Source of the DNA: Octopus sinensis
Taxonomy: Eukaryota
DNA: 64,000 nt
Assembly: GCF_006345805.1 (NCBI RefSeq)
Contig: NC_043001.1
Location: forward strand, 9,114,001-9,178,000
Direction: 5' to 3'
Below the pieces are notes generated by a model. The model had not been told where the DNA came from, ran no database searches, and saw nothing but the letters and a program-made list of their open reading frames with translations. Position 1 is the stretch's first letter. Each line of letters starts with the position of its first letter. Below, in pieces: positions 26,392 to 42,539 of this stretch. A program made the position numbers and the translations under genes.

Positions 26392-26444
<53 letters not shown>

Positions 26445-26655
26445 GTGTCTGTGTGGTAGATGTGGATAAGGAGATATGAATACATATGTGTGTCTGCGAT
26501 AGAATGTACTGCTAATAACAATCATATAAATTTTTCAGTCTCCCTCCCAAAGTCTCTTTCCTAAACTCTCTTTGATTTCCTTCTATCTTTATCTCTGACT
26601 GTCTCTCTGTTTGCTAATCTCTTTCTATACGAACACACACACACACACAAGTAGA

Positions 26656-26712
<57 letters not shown>

Positions 26713-27040
26713 GATTATATATACATATATAATACATACATATATATATATGTTTGTTGTGTGTACGTCTACATGTATATATGTAGGTGCAAGTATACAT
26801 ACATGCACGCACACACACGCACGCAATATATATGTATGTATATGTGTATACATAAATATATATATATAAATATGTATATGTTTATGTGTATATATAAACA
26901 CACATATATATTTAGTGTATATATGTATTTATATACATACATATGTATTCGTATAAGTGTGTCATATATATATATGACTGTGTCACTATATGTTTGTATA
27001 TAAATATATACATATATATATATGCATATACATACATGCA

Positions 27041-27071
<31 letters not shown>

Positions 27072-27528
27072 CATGCTTAACTTTCTTTTGCTTCTTCCTT
27101 TTTATATCTATTTTATATTTTGTTACTTCGTATTTCATTTTAACATTTTTGGATGCAACCAAGCAGTAGACAATTTTCAAAGAGTATTTTCCACATCCGT
27201 TTACTCAAAACTCAAACCATGGAATCAATAATATTTCATGTAGTTTATGTTTAGCTTCGTATACAAAATTCTCTACGACTCTTTCTTATCTTACAGCGTA
27301 CACATTTCATATTTCTCTTTTTCTTGTTCCGGTTCCTATATTTTTTTCCGTTTACCTTTTTTTTCCTGTCTTTTACATCATTTTTTATAATCTTTTTTTT
27401 TTACTTTTTTTTTATCTTTTCAGACTCCCCTGTTGTCTTTTGTTGTTTACGATTGTTTGTAGATGTTTTATGCATTGTTTCCATATTCCATACGTGCATA
27501 CATACATACATATTTATGTGTATATGTA

Positions 27529-27568
<40 letters not shown>

Positions 27569-27604
27569 CAGATAACTTATGCAGGTTTATAATATAATAT
27601 ATAT

Positions 27605-27651
<47 letters not shown>

Positions 27652-27669
27652 TATATACATACATGCATA

Positions 27670-27718
<49 letters not shown>

Positions 27719-28045
27719 CATACATGCATATATATATATATATATATATCTATATATAAAATAGACGTATATAGAAATTAGACGTATATAAGTATGAGTG
27801 TATATAGTGTTTTAAAATGCATTCACATTTTTCCTACCTCTTTGATTGCATAATCATCAAGCTTCAAATCATTATTATCATTATTATTATCATTATTATT
27901 ATAACTGTTGTTTTCACTATCATTATGATTGTTGTTATTAACATATTCATCATCACCATTATTATCATCACCATTACTATCATCATCGTTATAAGTATTA
28001 GTATTATTATGAATGGCCTTTATTTTTATTATTATTATTATCATA

Positions 28046-28092
<47 letters not shown>

Positions 28093-28606
28093 GTTATTAT
28101 TATTGGTATATTATTATTATTATTATTCTTATTATTAGTATATATATTATTATTATTATTATTTATAATAATAATAATAATAATAAAATAATGAATAATA
28201 TAATAATAATCGTATGGTATATCGTGAGAGAGAATGTATATAGGTTTTCTGAGAAATAGTTCCTTGGAAACTAGTTCACTTGTACGATTATATTATTTCA
28301 TTTTCGTAAGTTTTTTTTTTTACTTTCATGCTTTGTAGTTTTTGTGGATGTTTTTTTTTTTTTTCATTATCAACAAAAGAATATTTACCTAGTTAAAGTT
28401 CAGATGACTATTCTCAAATCTTCATGGGTAACCGAACGAATGTAATTGAAAATATCACTTTTTTTCCAGTTGTTGCGGAAACACAAGTATTTAAGAAAAA
28501 AAAACCTTCTGCAAATGTAGAGATGAATGAAGACGAGTATATATAATTGAATATATACATACATTATCTACACATATATATATATACATATATATATTAT
28601 ATATAT

Positions 28607-28652
<46 letters not shown>

Positions 28653-28747
28653 ATTATATATATATATACACTTACATATATACACACTTATATATATATA
28701 TATACCTGTATATTATATATATATGAATATATATATACACACATATT

Positions 28748-28784
<37 letters not shown>

Positions 28785-28901
28785 ATTTATGTCCCTATGA
28801 GCGTATAAGTGTGTGTGAGTATACATATATTCATTTCTAGATTATGTTGATAAATGCATTCTCAAATCCTTTACTGGCCCTTCATGACATTAATATCGAT
28901 C

Positions 28902-28970
<69 letters not shown>

Positions 28971-29307
28971 ATATACATAGTGTATGTATACATGCGATGT
29001 TCAGCTAGAGTATATAGGCTTTCAAAGAATATACAAGCTGGAAACTAGTTCAGTTGTACAATTGTTTTAATTTATTTTCCCATTTTGTTCTGTTACTTTC
29101 GTTTTCATTATCAGCAGCACCAGCAGAAGAAGAAGAGGGGAAAGTATATTATTTATCTGTTTAAAGTTCGGATGACTTTTCCGAAATCTCCATGGGTAAC
29201 AGAACGATAATAATTGAAAAGATGACTTTCTTCCGACTTCTTAAGAATGCACACACTATCTGAAAACAGTTTCACTTCGAATACATTTGCCTGTGTGTGG
29301 GCATGTG

Positions 29308-29364
<57 letters not shown>

Positions 29365-29650
29365 ATATGTATATATATATATGTATGTGTATATATATAT
29401 ATATATAAACATACATATATGCATACATATATAGATATGTACGTATGCACATATATAGTATATTATATATATACATGTTGGTGTGTGTTTGTGTGTGTGT
29501 GTCTCTGTGTCTGTATATACGTGCTTATCTAAATGCATTAATATACATCTGCCCTGGAAAATATTTTCATATGCGCGTGTGATTGTTTGTGTGTTTGTGT
29601 GTATGTGTGTGTGTGTGTGTGTTGAATTTTTCCTGATTCATGTTTTATGA
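25480..29650. repeat. Mosaic microsatellite tract of (CT)n, (TATC)n, (TA)n, (TG)n and (ATT)n
   Basis: Seen directly. Confidence 0.9.
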
Positions 29651-30871
29651 TCTCCAACCGTTTTACCTCTGCTGGAATTTTTTTTATTTTGCTCGTGAGA
29701 TATTTCACTTGATAACCTGAAAGATATTACAACTGAGACAGGAATTCAGGGTTTTGTTTGAATTTTATCAAACTTCTAATCAGTATGAATTATTCTTCTA
29801 CGAATATAAGAATATCTTGGAGAATTCACATTCGCTGTGTTTACAACTTGAACTGTCTCAAAGCAAGTAGCGTAAAGTAGATCACTTACTCATACTTTCA
29901 TCATCGTAACTGTGTTGTTTTCTTTTTTCTCTTCTTATACTTTGATGTTAAATTTTATGATTGTTCCTCATATATTTGTAATTTAATTACTTCGAATATC
30001 CATGCTATTTCTACATAATTCATATCAGAACTATTTCCCAAAGTTTCAGAGATACAGTTTCAAGATAATGACCATATTGTTTATGTTTAACGGCTTATAT
30101 TAACTAAATTGTCAGTTAGTAAGTGTTGTAATTTATCATTTAAACTATGTGGCTAAATTTTTCATAAAGGAATTATGCTTACATAGATTATACTTGCGTT
30201 AAGTTGTTGAGTGATTGACTTCAAATAAACCTACTCTTCAATGGTCTGCTTTCTTATTGATCAATTAGATTTATATAAACCAATAATCACAAAAACTATT
30301 TTTCTTTAACGCCTTTGTCTCAAACATTGCTTCAGGCCACTGAAGAGCATGGGATTACAAAGAAGGGAAATAACGGGCCTATAACTCAAAAGATGTTGAT
30401 TGATAAAAAGATCAGATTGCTGAACGTTATAGGCGAGATGATAACATGTTGATGGCAGTGAGTTCTAATTCATTTTGTCGTTGGTTGTTATTGCTGTTGT
30501 TTTTGTTGTTGTGATTTATAGTGAAGTTGTTGTATTTCAAGTGTGTAGTTGTCTTATTTGAAATTGTAAGTAATATTTGATTCTGTTATAGTAAAGATTT
30601 CTAACCTGGAATAAGTTGAAGCGTTTTAATCATTAGTTATATTAATCAACTGATTTCAGTTTCTTTTTACCGGAAGTTATATTTTTCATGCGTTATATCA
30701 ACTGATATAACTCCCGCGTAATATTTAGACACAAAACTTAAAGGCACATGCGTTGTTACCATCTATGGTCTTCAGTTTAGCAATGGTACCGTATATTGTC
30801 TTTAATTCAACGTATTCTATTACATACCACATCTCCTATATAACGTCAATTTGAATGGTTCTTGAATGGTT

Positions 30872-31299
30872 CTCTTACTCTTTACTCTTTTACTCTTTTA
30901 CTTGTTTCAGTCCTTTGACTGCGGCCATGCTGGAGCACCGCCTTTAGTCGAGCAAATCGACCCCGGGACTTATTCTTTGTAAGCCCAGTACTTATTCTAT
31001 CGGTCTCTTTTGCCGAACCGCTAAGTGACGGGGACGTAAACACACCAGCACCGGTTGTCAAGCATTGCTAGGGGGACAAACACAGACACACAAACACACA
31101 CACAAATATATATATATATATATATATACATATATACGACAGGCTTCTTTCAGTTTCCGTCTACCAAATCCACTCACAAGGCATTGGTCGGCCCGGGGCT
31201 ATAACAGAAGACACTTGCCCAAGATGCCACGCAGTGGGACTGAACCCGGAACCATGTGGTTGGTTAGCAAGCTACTTACCACACAGCCACTCCTGGGCC
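30872..31299 (-). mobile_element. CORE-like tRNA-derived SINE (family C), full length, with central microsatellite and (GTAAAAGA)n tail
   Basis: The minus strand has a tRNA-like head and CTTGGGCAAGTGTCTTC (CORE-like). Fragments also occur at ~23310-23580, 33840-34050, 39340-39690, 39745-39915, 45590-45700 and 54130-54290. Confidence 0.8.
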
Positions 31300-33139
31300 T
31301 ATGTTATCGTATGTTTACCAGATTCTCTTATTTTCCATATTGTGTAAAACAGATATTCCCGTCCACCGTCCTTAAGCTAAAAGATGCTTCTGCCTTTTGT
31401 CTTTAGTTCCTCTAACAACTATGTCTGATATATAAATTATTCAGCAAATATTATTGGCGGTGATATTCGTCAACTTCAAAAACCTATTTAGCGCTTATTT
31501 TTATTGAGGTTGGAAAAATGAAATTGAAGTCGACTATGGTGACATATTTAACACTGTATATAATGAGACGCAAGAAATAAAAGCAAGATTAGTTTGTCTG
31601 TTTCTTTACCGATCCTACTGTATATGCAGTGTCTGTTAATCAATCGGCTGTAATAATTCTTTCTAATTCCTTCTAGCTAATTTTGGTAGAAGGCCAGCAA
31701 TTTCAAGGAAAGGGAGTTAGTCGATTGCATTCATCTCAGTACTTGACTGGTCCTTTAATTTATCGAACCGGAAAATATGAGTGGCTGAGTGGACCTCGGG
31801 AGAAATTGAATTCAGAACTTTTAGCCAGAAGAAATGGCGCCGAACATTTTCTCTAATGCGTTATAGATCCTCCTAACTCGCTACCATAATCTGCTGTATT
31901 AAGAAAACAACAAGGATAGTCATGGAGATGCAATACGAGAAAAAGCGAGAGAGAGAGAGAAAGAGAGAGCTAAGGAGGAGCTGTTTTAGAACAGTTGTAA
32001 CGCTCCACATTTGCCACTTTCTTCAGCCTACGATGCAGAAAATACGAAAATAATAACTTATTGCTATAATCAGTCCGTATTAATAATATTTAAAGTCTAA
32101 GTGCGAGTACGAGGATGAAAATCACAGATCGATTTTTTTTAATGCTTTGCATCAAGTTTTGATATTCACTATTTATTTATTTATTCTTCCCCAATCGGAA
32201 CAAACTAAAAGTATTTTTTTAATAAATGATATTTAATTTGACGTAACCTATTTTCAAATAAGAACAGGAAATGAAATTAATCTTAGCGATTTCATGACCC
32301 CATTACTAAAACCATTTCCGAATGTTTTGGAGAGGAAAAAAATGTGCATCATTATTGCAATCGATACATAAATATGTTTGTGAATTGTATTTTGTTTTTG
32401 TAACATTAATTTGTGGTTGCCACAATTTCAGCCATAATTAGAGATTAAGTGAATGGTTGAATAGAGCATCTTCAATTTGAAGCCAGAGAATTTTAGTGAG
32501 GAGTGGCAGCCTTAATTATCTTTTTGGTGATTAGTTATTTCGTTGATGTGAAGCGTCCCTAATTTAGAGTGTAAGTACTTGATTGATGTGTGACTGTCCT
32601 TAAATAAGGAATTAAGTACTTAGGCGGTAGGCGACATATTGGATATGAGAATGTACAAATCTACCGATGTGTGACATCTTCGATTTAATGATCAAGAAAC
32701 ATAGAAATTTCAGATTAATTGAGATCTAATCAGAAATACTCACCTGATTCTGTGAGTAACTGAAGAATGAAGAATGGTAAGATCGATGGAAAATATTTTC
32801 CTATATTTAAGATATTATATTATTCATCATTCAAGAAGACTAAGGGTGCAAACTAGTGAAGTGGTAACCATACCGAACACTATGTTCCAGTATTTTTCTG
32901 GTTTTACGTTCTGTGTTCAAATATCTCTGAAATCGACTTTGTCTTTCATCCTTCGGGCTCGATGAAGTATGTAACAATCATGTACTGGGATTAATAAAAT
33001 AAACAAGGCCCTTCAACGAAATATCATGCTTTCTCCCTATAGAAAAAGAACTGATTATTACCCGTCTCAAAAGAGGAAACTTACGAAATACGTATGAGCT
33101 ATTTCTTGCAATATCAAAAATTATGGCATGCAATAGAAA

Positions 33140-33465
33140 GTATTTTTATTTATTTATGCGCCCTTTTCAAGCCTAGCCAAGCTCATGGACCCGATTTCCC
33201 GGTTTCTGTGGCGTATGTGTGTCCCCCCCCCCAGCTGGACAGGATGCCAGTCCATCGCAGCGTTACTCAAGAATCAGGAAGAAAGAGCGAGAGGAAGTTG
33301 GGGCGAAAGAATACAACAGGGGTCACTACCAACCCATCGCCGGAGCCTGGTGGAGCTTTAGGCGTTTTCGCTCAATAAACACACACAACGCCCGGTCTGG
33401 GAATCGAAACCACGATCCTGCGACCGCGAGTCCGCTGCTCTAACCGCTGGGCCATTGCGCCTCCA
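33140..33465 (-). mobile_element. SINE B (B1 type), full length
   Basis: Reverse complement of the 18588 family, containing GCTGCGATGGACTGGCATCCTGTCCAG. Confidence 0.8.
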
Positions 33466-33783
33466 CAATATAAAGTATAATTTCACATTTACCATATTTC
33501 TTGATGGTAATACAAAAGAAAACAAAAATGAAGTGAACGTTAGATTTTCAGCAGAAAAATGTAATATTTCAAAATAAAATGAGACAATTTTCTCATTTGT
33601 ATAATCAAACCCATAACTACCCTAAAGTTTACTCCAGATCTTTCACCTGCTCCTCGTCCTCCATCTCTATGATTCTTCCTCTCTTACAACATATATGCTG
33701 TGTTTCTTTCCTTATTGCTTGCCACCATGCCTAGTATGTGCACTTGTGAAGCACCTGATTATGTTAAATATTCGTGTATTATG

Positions 33784-33820
<37 letters not shown>

Positions 33821-34068
33821 GTATGCATGTGTGTGCGTTCTTTGTGTTTGTGTTTCTCGTCTCACATCAACGGTTGACAAACAATGTAGGTGTGTTTACG
33901 TACCCGTACTTAGTGGTTCTGCATAGCGAATAAGTACTACGGAGCGAATAAGTACTAGGATTAACAATATGTCCTGAAGTTTGTTTGTTCCATTAACAAC
34001 CCCTCGAGCGGTACTCCAGCATGACTGCAGTCAAATGAGTGAATTAAGGAAGAAATATATATACATAC

Positions 34069-34099
<31 letters not shown>

Positions 34100-34107
34100 T
34101 GTGCACA

Positions 34108-35245
<1,138 letters not shown>

Positions 35246-35593
35246 ATAATATATATATATATTAAGCACGTGTGTTATTAATTGAAATGTAAATATGTAA
35301 TTGGAATACCTTGCAAACTTTTAATCTATGCGATAATTACTAATTCGTAATTGGACGGTAAATTTGTATTTTTATATACGATTGACCTGCCACCATATTG
35401 TTTCTTTATCAAGAGATTCGCCTCCAGCCGTTCGTTATATCAATCAACGGAAGACGATCTTTGACATCGGAATAAAAAAGTGAAAGAACAAAACAGAAAC
35501 AACATTATAGGTTGATCACATCAGAATTAAAACTGAAAGAATGGAAGCTACTCTTTCAATTTTGACACGTAATACCAAAACAGTGCCAGTATT

Positions 35594-36082
35594 AATTATT
35601 ATTATTATTATTGAGTGAGAGAGCAGTTCATGCCATCAAAGTGACACTGGGGTAAAATATACGAAGCCCAATATACCCATCATGACTACCCGTCTGATAA
35701 AGTTACACCAGGCACATGCATCACAACCATATGTGCGCGACATGGTGATCTCATATCAAGATAAACAGCACATGACCTTGCAGGTGGGGCCCAGTTAGAA
35801 TTTTCTTCAGGTTGAGTAGCCCCATCCGGCTCAAACGGTCCCTGAATAAGGGTTGTTTAAGGATGTTGAAAGAACCACCCATGTTTCCAGCGGTGAACTA
35901 TTCAAATCCCAAAGAATCCCTCTCAACACATGGCTATGATGCTCCCCCACTACTTCTGCTCATGATCAGAGATGCACATATCGTCAGCTACTAAGGGACA
36001 TGCTCAACTGGTTAAGGTCAAACAACTGACAAGCAAATCTGTGGTATTGAGCAGAATATTTGCTGTAGCCCATCTTTTATAC
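35594..36082 (-). mobile_element. Non-autonomous retroelement with (AAT)n tail (left arm of an inverted pair)
   Basis: Reverse complement of 36374-36834, with an (ATT)n tail at 35594-35612. Confidence 0.75.
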
Positions 36083-36146
<64 letters not shown>

Positions 36147-36152
36147 GCCCAT

Positions 36153-36240
36153 GGGCATATGGCGTAGTGGTTAAGATTGCGGGCTACTAACCCCAAGATT
36201 CCGAGTTCGATTCCAGGTAGTGATCTGAATAATAATAATA
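36153..36240 (+). mobile_element. Short tRNA-derived SINE or head with (AAT)n tail
   Basis: A box TGGCGTAGTGG and B box GTTCGATTCC; no intact acceptor stem. Confidence 0.6.
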
Positions 36241-36284
36241 AGAAGAAGAAGAAGAAGAAGAAGATGATGAAGAAGAAGAAGAAA

Positions 36285-37002
<718 letters not shown>

Positions 37003-37833
37003 GGAAAAGATAAGGCAAAATAAGAAAACTGCTAACGACACAGTTAGTTTTACGAAAATCGTTATATTTTAGGTGCAAAGGCCCCTTCTGAGAAGGAAAC
37101 AATCTTGAAAATGTATGTATGTATATATGAGGTATAAAGCATCGCGAAGAGGATTCAACGAACTAATTAACCAACATATACATATCGGCTTCTTTATGCA
37201 AGTAAGCAAAATCATACTTAATTTAGAAAATAACCCTACACACATACACACACACACATGTATATAGCAAACTTTTAGGATTAAAGAATATTATTATTTA
37301 AAAGTTTGACCATGTTTAAAGAATTAAATTTGGTTGTGCAAATGAAAACAACACTACAGGTAGTTTGGAACATACGCATGTTGAAGAGAAAATGCAGTCA
37401 TGCTGGCAGATAAATGTTGAAGAATAATGTGATATTAACTTTAGGAAACCCTGATACCGAAAAAGTAAAAAGATAGCATTCTTCAAATATTTTCAACCTT
37501 ACTATATTCTCCTTTTAATGTTTTGGTGGAGCAATTATAAAAGAACAATTCTCGTTCGCTCAGACAAATCTGGTTTAATTTTAATTTTAGTGTTAGATTA
37601 TAAGTAAAAAGTAATTTTTGTCTTTTATCTTCTATGATTGCAATGTGAGAAAATGGCCTTGAATTCTATTAGAAACAAAGCTGAGGGTGTGTCGTGCCCT
37701 GATGGACAAGATACCTATCAAATATGAATAATGAAAATATAATAGAATGAAAATATTAACAACAACATGTCTGTCTTGTATATATATATACGTATGTGTT
37801 CGAGTGTTTGTGTTCGTGGAAATACACAACACA

Positions 37834-37976
<143 letters not shown>

Positions 37977-39955
37977 TATATAATTATTCTATACCTAACT
38001 ATATCTATCTATATATATGTATATATATATATATATATGTATTATGTATGTATATATATATATATATATATGTATGTATGCATGTATGTATATCGACAGT
38101 GGTTCGTTAATAATAAAATTATTCTTCAATGCGAAAATCTTCGAGATAAGAAATTCCTCAACATACTCTGGGAATATATTTGAGGAATCGTAGGTCGAAC
38201 AAAGTAACTTGTATGCTTTCTAGAGTCTACTGCTATGAATATCATTTGAATAATTAACCTTTCTTGAGAGATCAGAAACTGAAGTCAAAGATCCCAAGAG
38301 AGACAACAATAGAATTCTGGTCATTTCACCGTAGTAAAATATTGCATATATTTCAATGGTAGGTTAAGATCAAACCAGTTGTCATATATTTCCATTATTT
38401 GAATTAGGTTATTGTGGAAAATATTGGACGCAGAAATATATGTATCGTTTTATCCGGGAATCCATTCAAACAATTTCTATGTGAATTCAGACATTGTTAT
38501 ACGTGTACTGATACACTCGGGTTTATTTTCAACAGCAAAAAGAAGATACTTTGTCGAATTAAGATATTATGGGAAACAAAAATTAAACAAGATTAACCTC
38601 ATTTAAAATCAGTATCATTTCTATTTATATTATTCGATATATTTGCAGTTGCCTTCAAGCAAAGATTCTCTCAAAACTATGTAATTTAAGTTTTTAACTT
38701 TTAAACAGCTGTTATTTTCTTATAAGAATTTCTAGCAGAGCAAATAATATAGTGAAGAAAAAAAACACATTATTTTATTGTTTTGTATAATTTCTGTTAT
38801 TATATTATGAGCGGTTGTGCTGGTGGCTTTTGCAGGTCCGCAGAGACTAGTTTGATCGAAGATGACGTTGTTGAGCAGCTGCAAGTTGATAGCTGTTGAA
38901 GACAGATGGACAGATGGAAGGAAAATTCCAGTGGGATAAAACTGTCTGGAAAAACTGATAAAATACGACGCTTAGGTCGGTAGCGACAACAGAGGCAACG
39001 AAAATAATAAATACGTTGTTAGATATGTTGTTAGGTCTAAGAAGAGGTGGCAAAATGAATGCTGTATTGAGATTTATAAACATTCTGTGAATTGAAATGC
39101 ATTTGCAACGCTACTAGGAATCGCTGTTTATTAGACTCTTTTTTTGTTTTCTGTTACTTGTAATTGTCAATCCATGAATATCCTAAAGACTTCCACTCCG
39201 CCTTTTACATAATTAATTACACCGTTTTAATGTTGATTAGATTTTTCTTCTTCTGAACATGAAGCTGCAAGCAATTTCCTCCGTTATACGCGCTAATGTG
39301 TACGATAAACGTCTTAAAAATACACGTACAGACGCAGGCAGGGCTGTGTAGTAAGACGTTTGCTTCTGAATTGCTTGGTTCCGGGTTCCATTTCACTGCG
39401 TAGCACCTTGGACAAGTGTCTTCTACTTTAGCTTCGGGCCGACCAAAGCCTTGCCGGTGGATATTGTAGACGAAAACTGAAGTCGTATGCCTGGGCGAGC
39501 TTATGCATGTGTTTATGTGATTGTCTCCTATCACCGCATGAGAACCCTTACTACTGTATTTACGTCCCCGTAACGTAGCGGTGCGGTAAAAGGCACCAAC
39601 AGAATAAGCTTAAAAATGAATAGCTTCTAAGCTCCATTTGTTCGACTAAAACCCTTTCGGGTGGTGCCTTCAGAATGGCTGCAGTCTAATAACTGAAATT
39701 TTTAAAATGATAAAAATAAACAATATATTTAAAATTATAAATATAGTCATATGTGTGGTAAGTAGCTTGCTTCCCAACCACATGGTTCCGGGTTCAGTCC
39801 CACTGCCTGATTCCTTGGGCAAGTGTCTTCTACTATTGCCTCGGGCCGATCTAAGTCTTGTGAGTGAATTTGATAGATGGAAACTGAAAAAGCCCGTCGT
39901 ATATGTGTGTGTGTGTGACAACAACAACAGCAATAAGAATAATAATAATAATAAC

Positions 39956-39996
<41 letters not shown>

Positions 39997-40013
39997 TAGT
40001 AATCATAACAATC

Positions 40014-40056
<43 letters not shown>

Positions 40057-40058
40057 TG

Positions 40059-40119
<61 letters not shown>

Positions 40120-40127
<8 letters not shown>

Positions 40128-40320
40128 TCGAAAAATACCTTAGCAATGAGAACCCAGATTCGAAATTTCCCCCAAAAGACATCGGATGAACGCTGGAGGG
40201 TATATCAGTCAAAACGTTATGTAACCAGCAAACAAGATGAGGACAAATATCCGTCAAACGTAAATAATGTAAATAAGGTGAATAATGTACATAATTCCTC
40301 ATCTCTTAAATATAGAACTA
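40120..40320 (+). repeat. Third copy of the Penelope-like terminal repeat, preceded by (AAT)n
   Basis: AACATCGAAAAATACCTTAG...GGAGGGTATATCAG...TCCGTCAAA matches 16925-17228. Confidence 0.7.
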
Positions 40321-40520
40321 TTTTATTTTTATGTTATGTGTTTTGTACATGATTGTTTTTTGTTGTTTTTTTTTAATGACTTCGATAATCTTTTCAGGTG
40401 TTTGCATTTGTACGATGTCTTCTTCATTCTATAGCATTGTTTTGCAAGCAAGCAGTTCTTCCGTTGAAAAGGACTTGATTTTTTTTTTCTTCAAAATTGT
40501 TTTGCATGTTCGTGTGATTT

Positions 40521-40787
40521 GTGGTGGTGGTGGTGGTGGTGGTGGTAGTGGTGGTGGTGGTGGTGGTAGTGTTGGTGGTTGTAGTGGTGGTGGTGGTGGT
40601 GGTGGTGGTGGTGGCGGCGGCGGTGGTGGTGGCGGCGGCGGTGGTAGTGGCGGTAGTGGTGGTGGTTGTGGTGGTGGTGGTGGTGGTGGTGGTGGTCGTC
40701 GTCGTCGTCGTCGTCGTCGTGGTAGTGGCGGTGGTGGTGGTGGTGGTGGTGGTGGTGGCAGTGGCGGTGGTGGTGGTAGTGGCGGTG

Positions 40788-40819
<32 letters not shown>

Positions 40820-40825
40820 GGTGTT
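40521..40825. repeat. (GGT)n/(GGC)n/(CGT)n compound microsatellite
   Basis: Seen directly. Confidence 0.95.
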
Positions 40826-42163
40826 TGTAGTAGTAAGCGTTGTTGTCTTCAGTCCGTCTTTATTCATACAGCTTTCCTTGTTCATATTTTCTACGGCCAG
40901 ACATGGCGTTCTCGTGTGTGATTGCATCGTTCAGTTGTGTATGTGAGTTTTGTGTGTGTGTTTGTGTTTGTATGAGCAAGTGAATTGATGTTGTTTTTAC
41001 CTTCCCTGGCTTTCGGAAGCGGGGGGAATTCGCTAAAACAAATGCTGGCTTCTCCGTCACATTTAACCATTTTATAAGTGAAAATGACAAAACAAAAGCT
41101 GATGAAAAATTTTTAATTTGGAAAATTCACCCTTAGGGTGAATATTCTAGCAACAGATTTGCTTAGGTCGAAGCAGAAGATGTTTAACATCTCTTTGACA
41201 AAAGATGTTTGAAAACAAACATTTGTTTGCAAATAAATCAAACTTACGAGGAACCGATGTGTCAACAATCCATTCAGATAGAGAGAGGGAGGGAGACAGG
41301 GGGAAAGAGATTGGTATGTAGCAAGGTAGATAGATAGATAGATAGATAGATCGAGAGAGGGAGAAGGAAAAAGGGGGTGAAAGAGGGGAAGAGAGATTGG
41401 TAGGTAGTAAGATAGATAGATTAATAGATAGATTGACAGAGAGAGAGGGGGGAAAGAGAGAAGGAGAGAGATTGGTAGGTAGCAAGATAGATAGATAGAT
41501 AGATAAATAATAGACAGATAGACAGACCGACAGACAGACAAACAGACGGACGGACAAATGGAGCTGTTATGTGGTGCTTCAGTATATAATATGGCCGTTT
41601 TAGGTAATGTATTTTCGTTCTATTAGGGGAGTAATGATGTGGTCATGTTTTCCTTACATATTTATTTCGATTTGCTCTGATTTATTGAAGTTCGGCATTT
41701 ATTTGTGGAGATGTGTGTTTGTGTGTATTTGTAATTATGTGTCTTTACGTGTGTGAACAAGTTTTGTCAGGTGATTAGATACATGGGTCGAAATGTGTTA
41801 TTGTTTAAATGAAGAGTTCATACGTCACAGTTTATATGGAATGAACAAAAGACAAAGGCTGGAAGAGTTGAACGAGTGTTGGTGCATGTGAGTTTGGGCC
41901 AGGATGGGGGAAATTAATTCGAGAAAATGTAATTTACGGAATAATAGAATCTATATCGGAAATATATTTATCTCTGGTAGAGACGTCAGATTAAGGAAAC
42001 CAGTTATAGAGTTTAGAAGAAGAGTTCAAATGTCAGAGGTTATATGAAATAGACAATGGACTTTGGTCAGGAAGTGCATGGGGGAATGTGTGTGCGTGTA
42101 TGGGTACGTGTTTGAGCGCGTGCAAAATGCGTTGGGTTCGTGGTGTAGTTAGTTTGAGGGATA

Positions 42164-42539
42164 GGGAAGGAAGCACTCCGTCGGTTACGACGATGAGGGT
42201 TCCGGTTGATCTGAATCAACGAAACAGCCTGCTCGTGAAATTAACGTGTAAGTGGCTGAGCACTCCACAGACACGTGTACCCTTAACGTAGTTCTTGGGG
42301 ATATTGAGCGTGACACAGAGAGTGACAAGGCCGGCCCTTTGAAATACAGGTACAACAGAAACAGGAAGTAAGAGTGAGAGAAAGTTGTGGTGAAAGAGTA
42401 CAGCAGGGATCACCACCACCCCCTGCCGGAGCCTCGTGGAGGCTTAGGTGTTTTCGCTCAATAAACACTCACAATTCCCGGTCTGGGAATCGAAACCGCG
42501 AGTCCGCTGCCCTAACCACTGGGCCATTGCGCCTCCACC
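42164..42539 (-). mobile_element. SINE B (B2 type), full length with 13-bp TSD
   Basis: AGTTTGAGGGATA at 42151-42163 and 42540-42552. Confidence 0.85.

Noticed and set aside
28390-29240. Duplicated coding exons (SDDYSQIFMGNRT / SDDFSEISMGNRT)
   Set aside because: Only about 5 of 14 differences are synonymous (near neutral expectation), stops are nearby and there is no shared donor site.
36153-36227. Possible tRNA gene
   Set aside because: It has A/B boxes but no acceptor-stem pairing and runs into an (AAT)n tail, so it is SINE-like.
40331-40946. Gly-rich and Thr-rich ORFs
   Set aside because: These come from the (GGT)n repeat, with no non-repetitive coding context.
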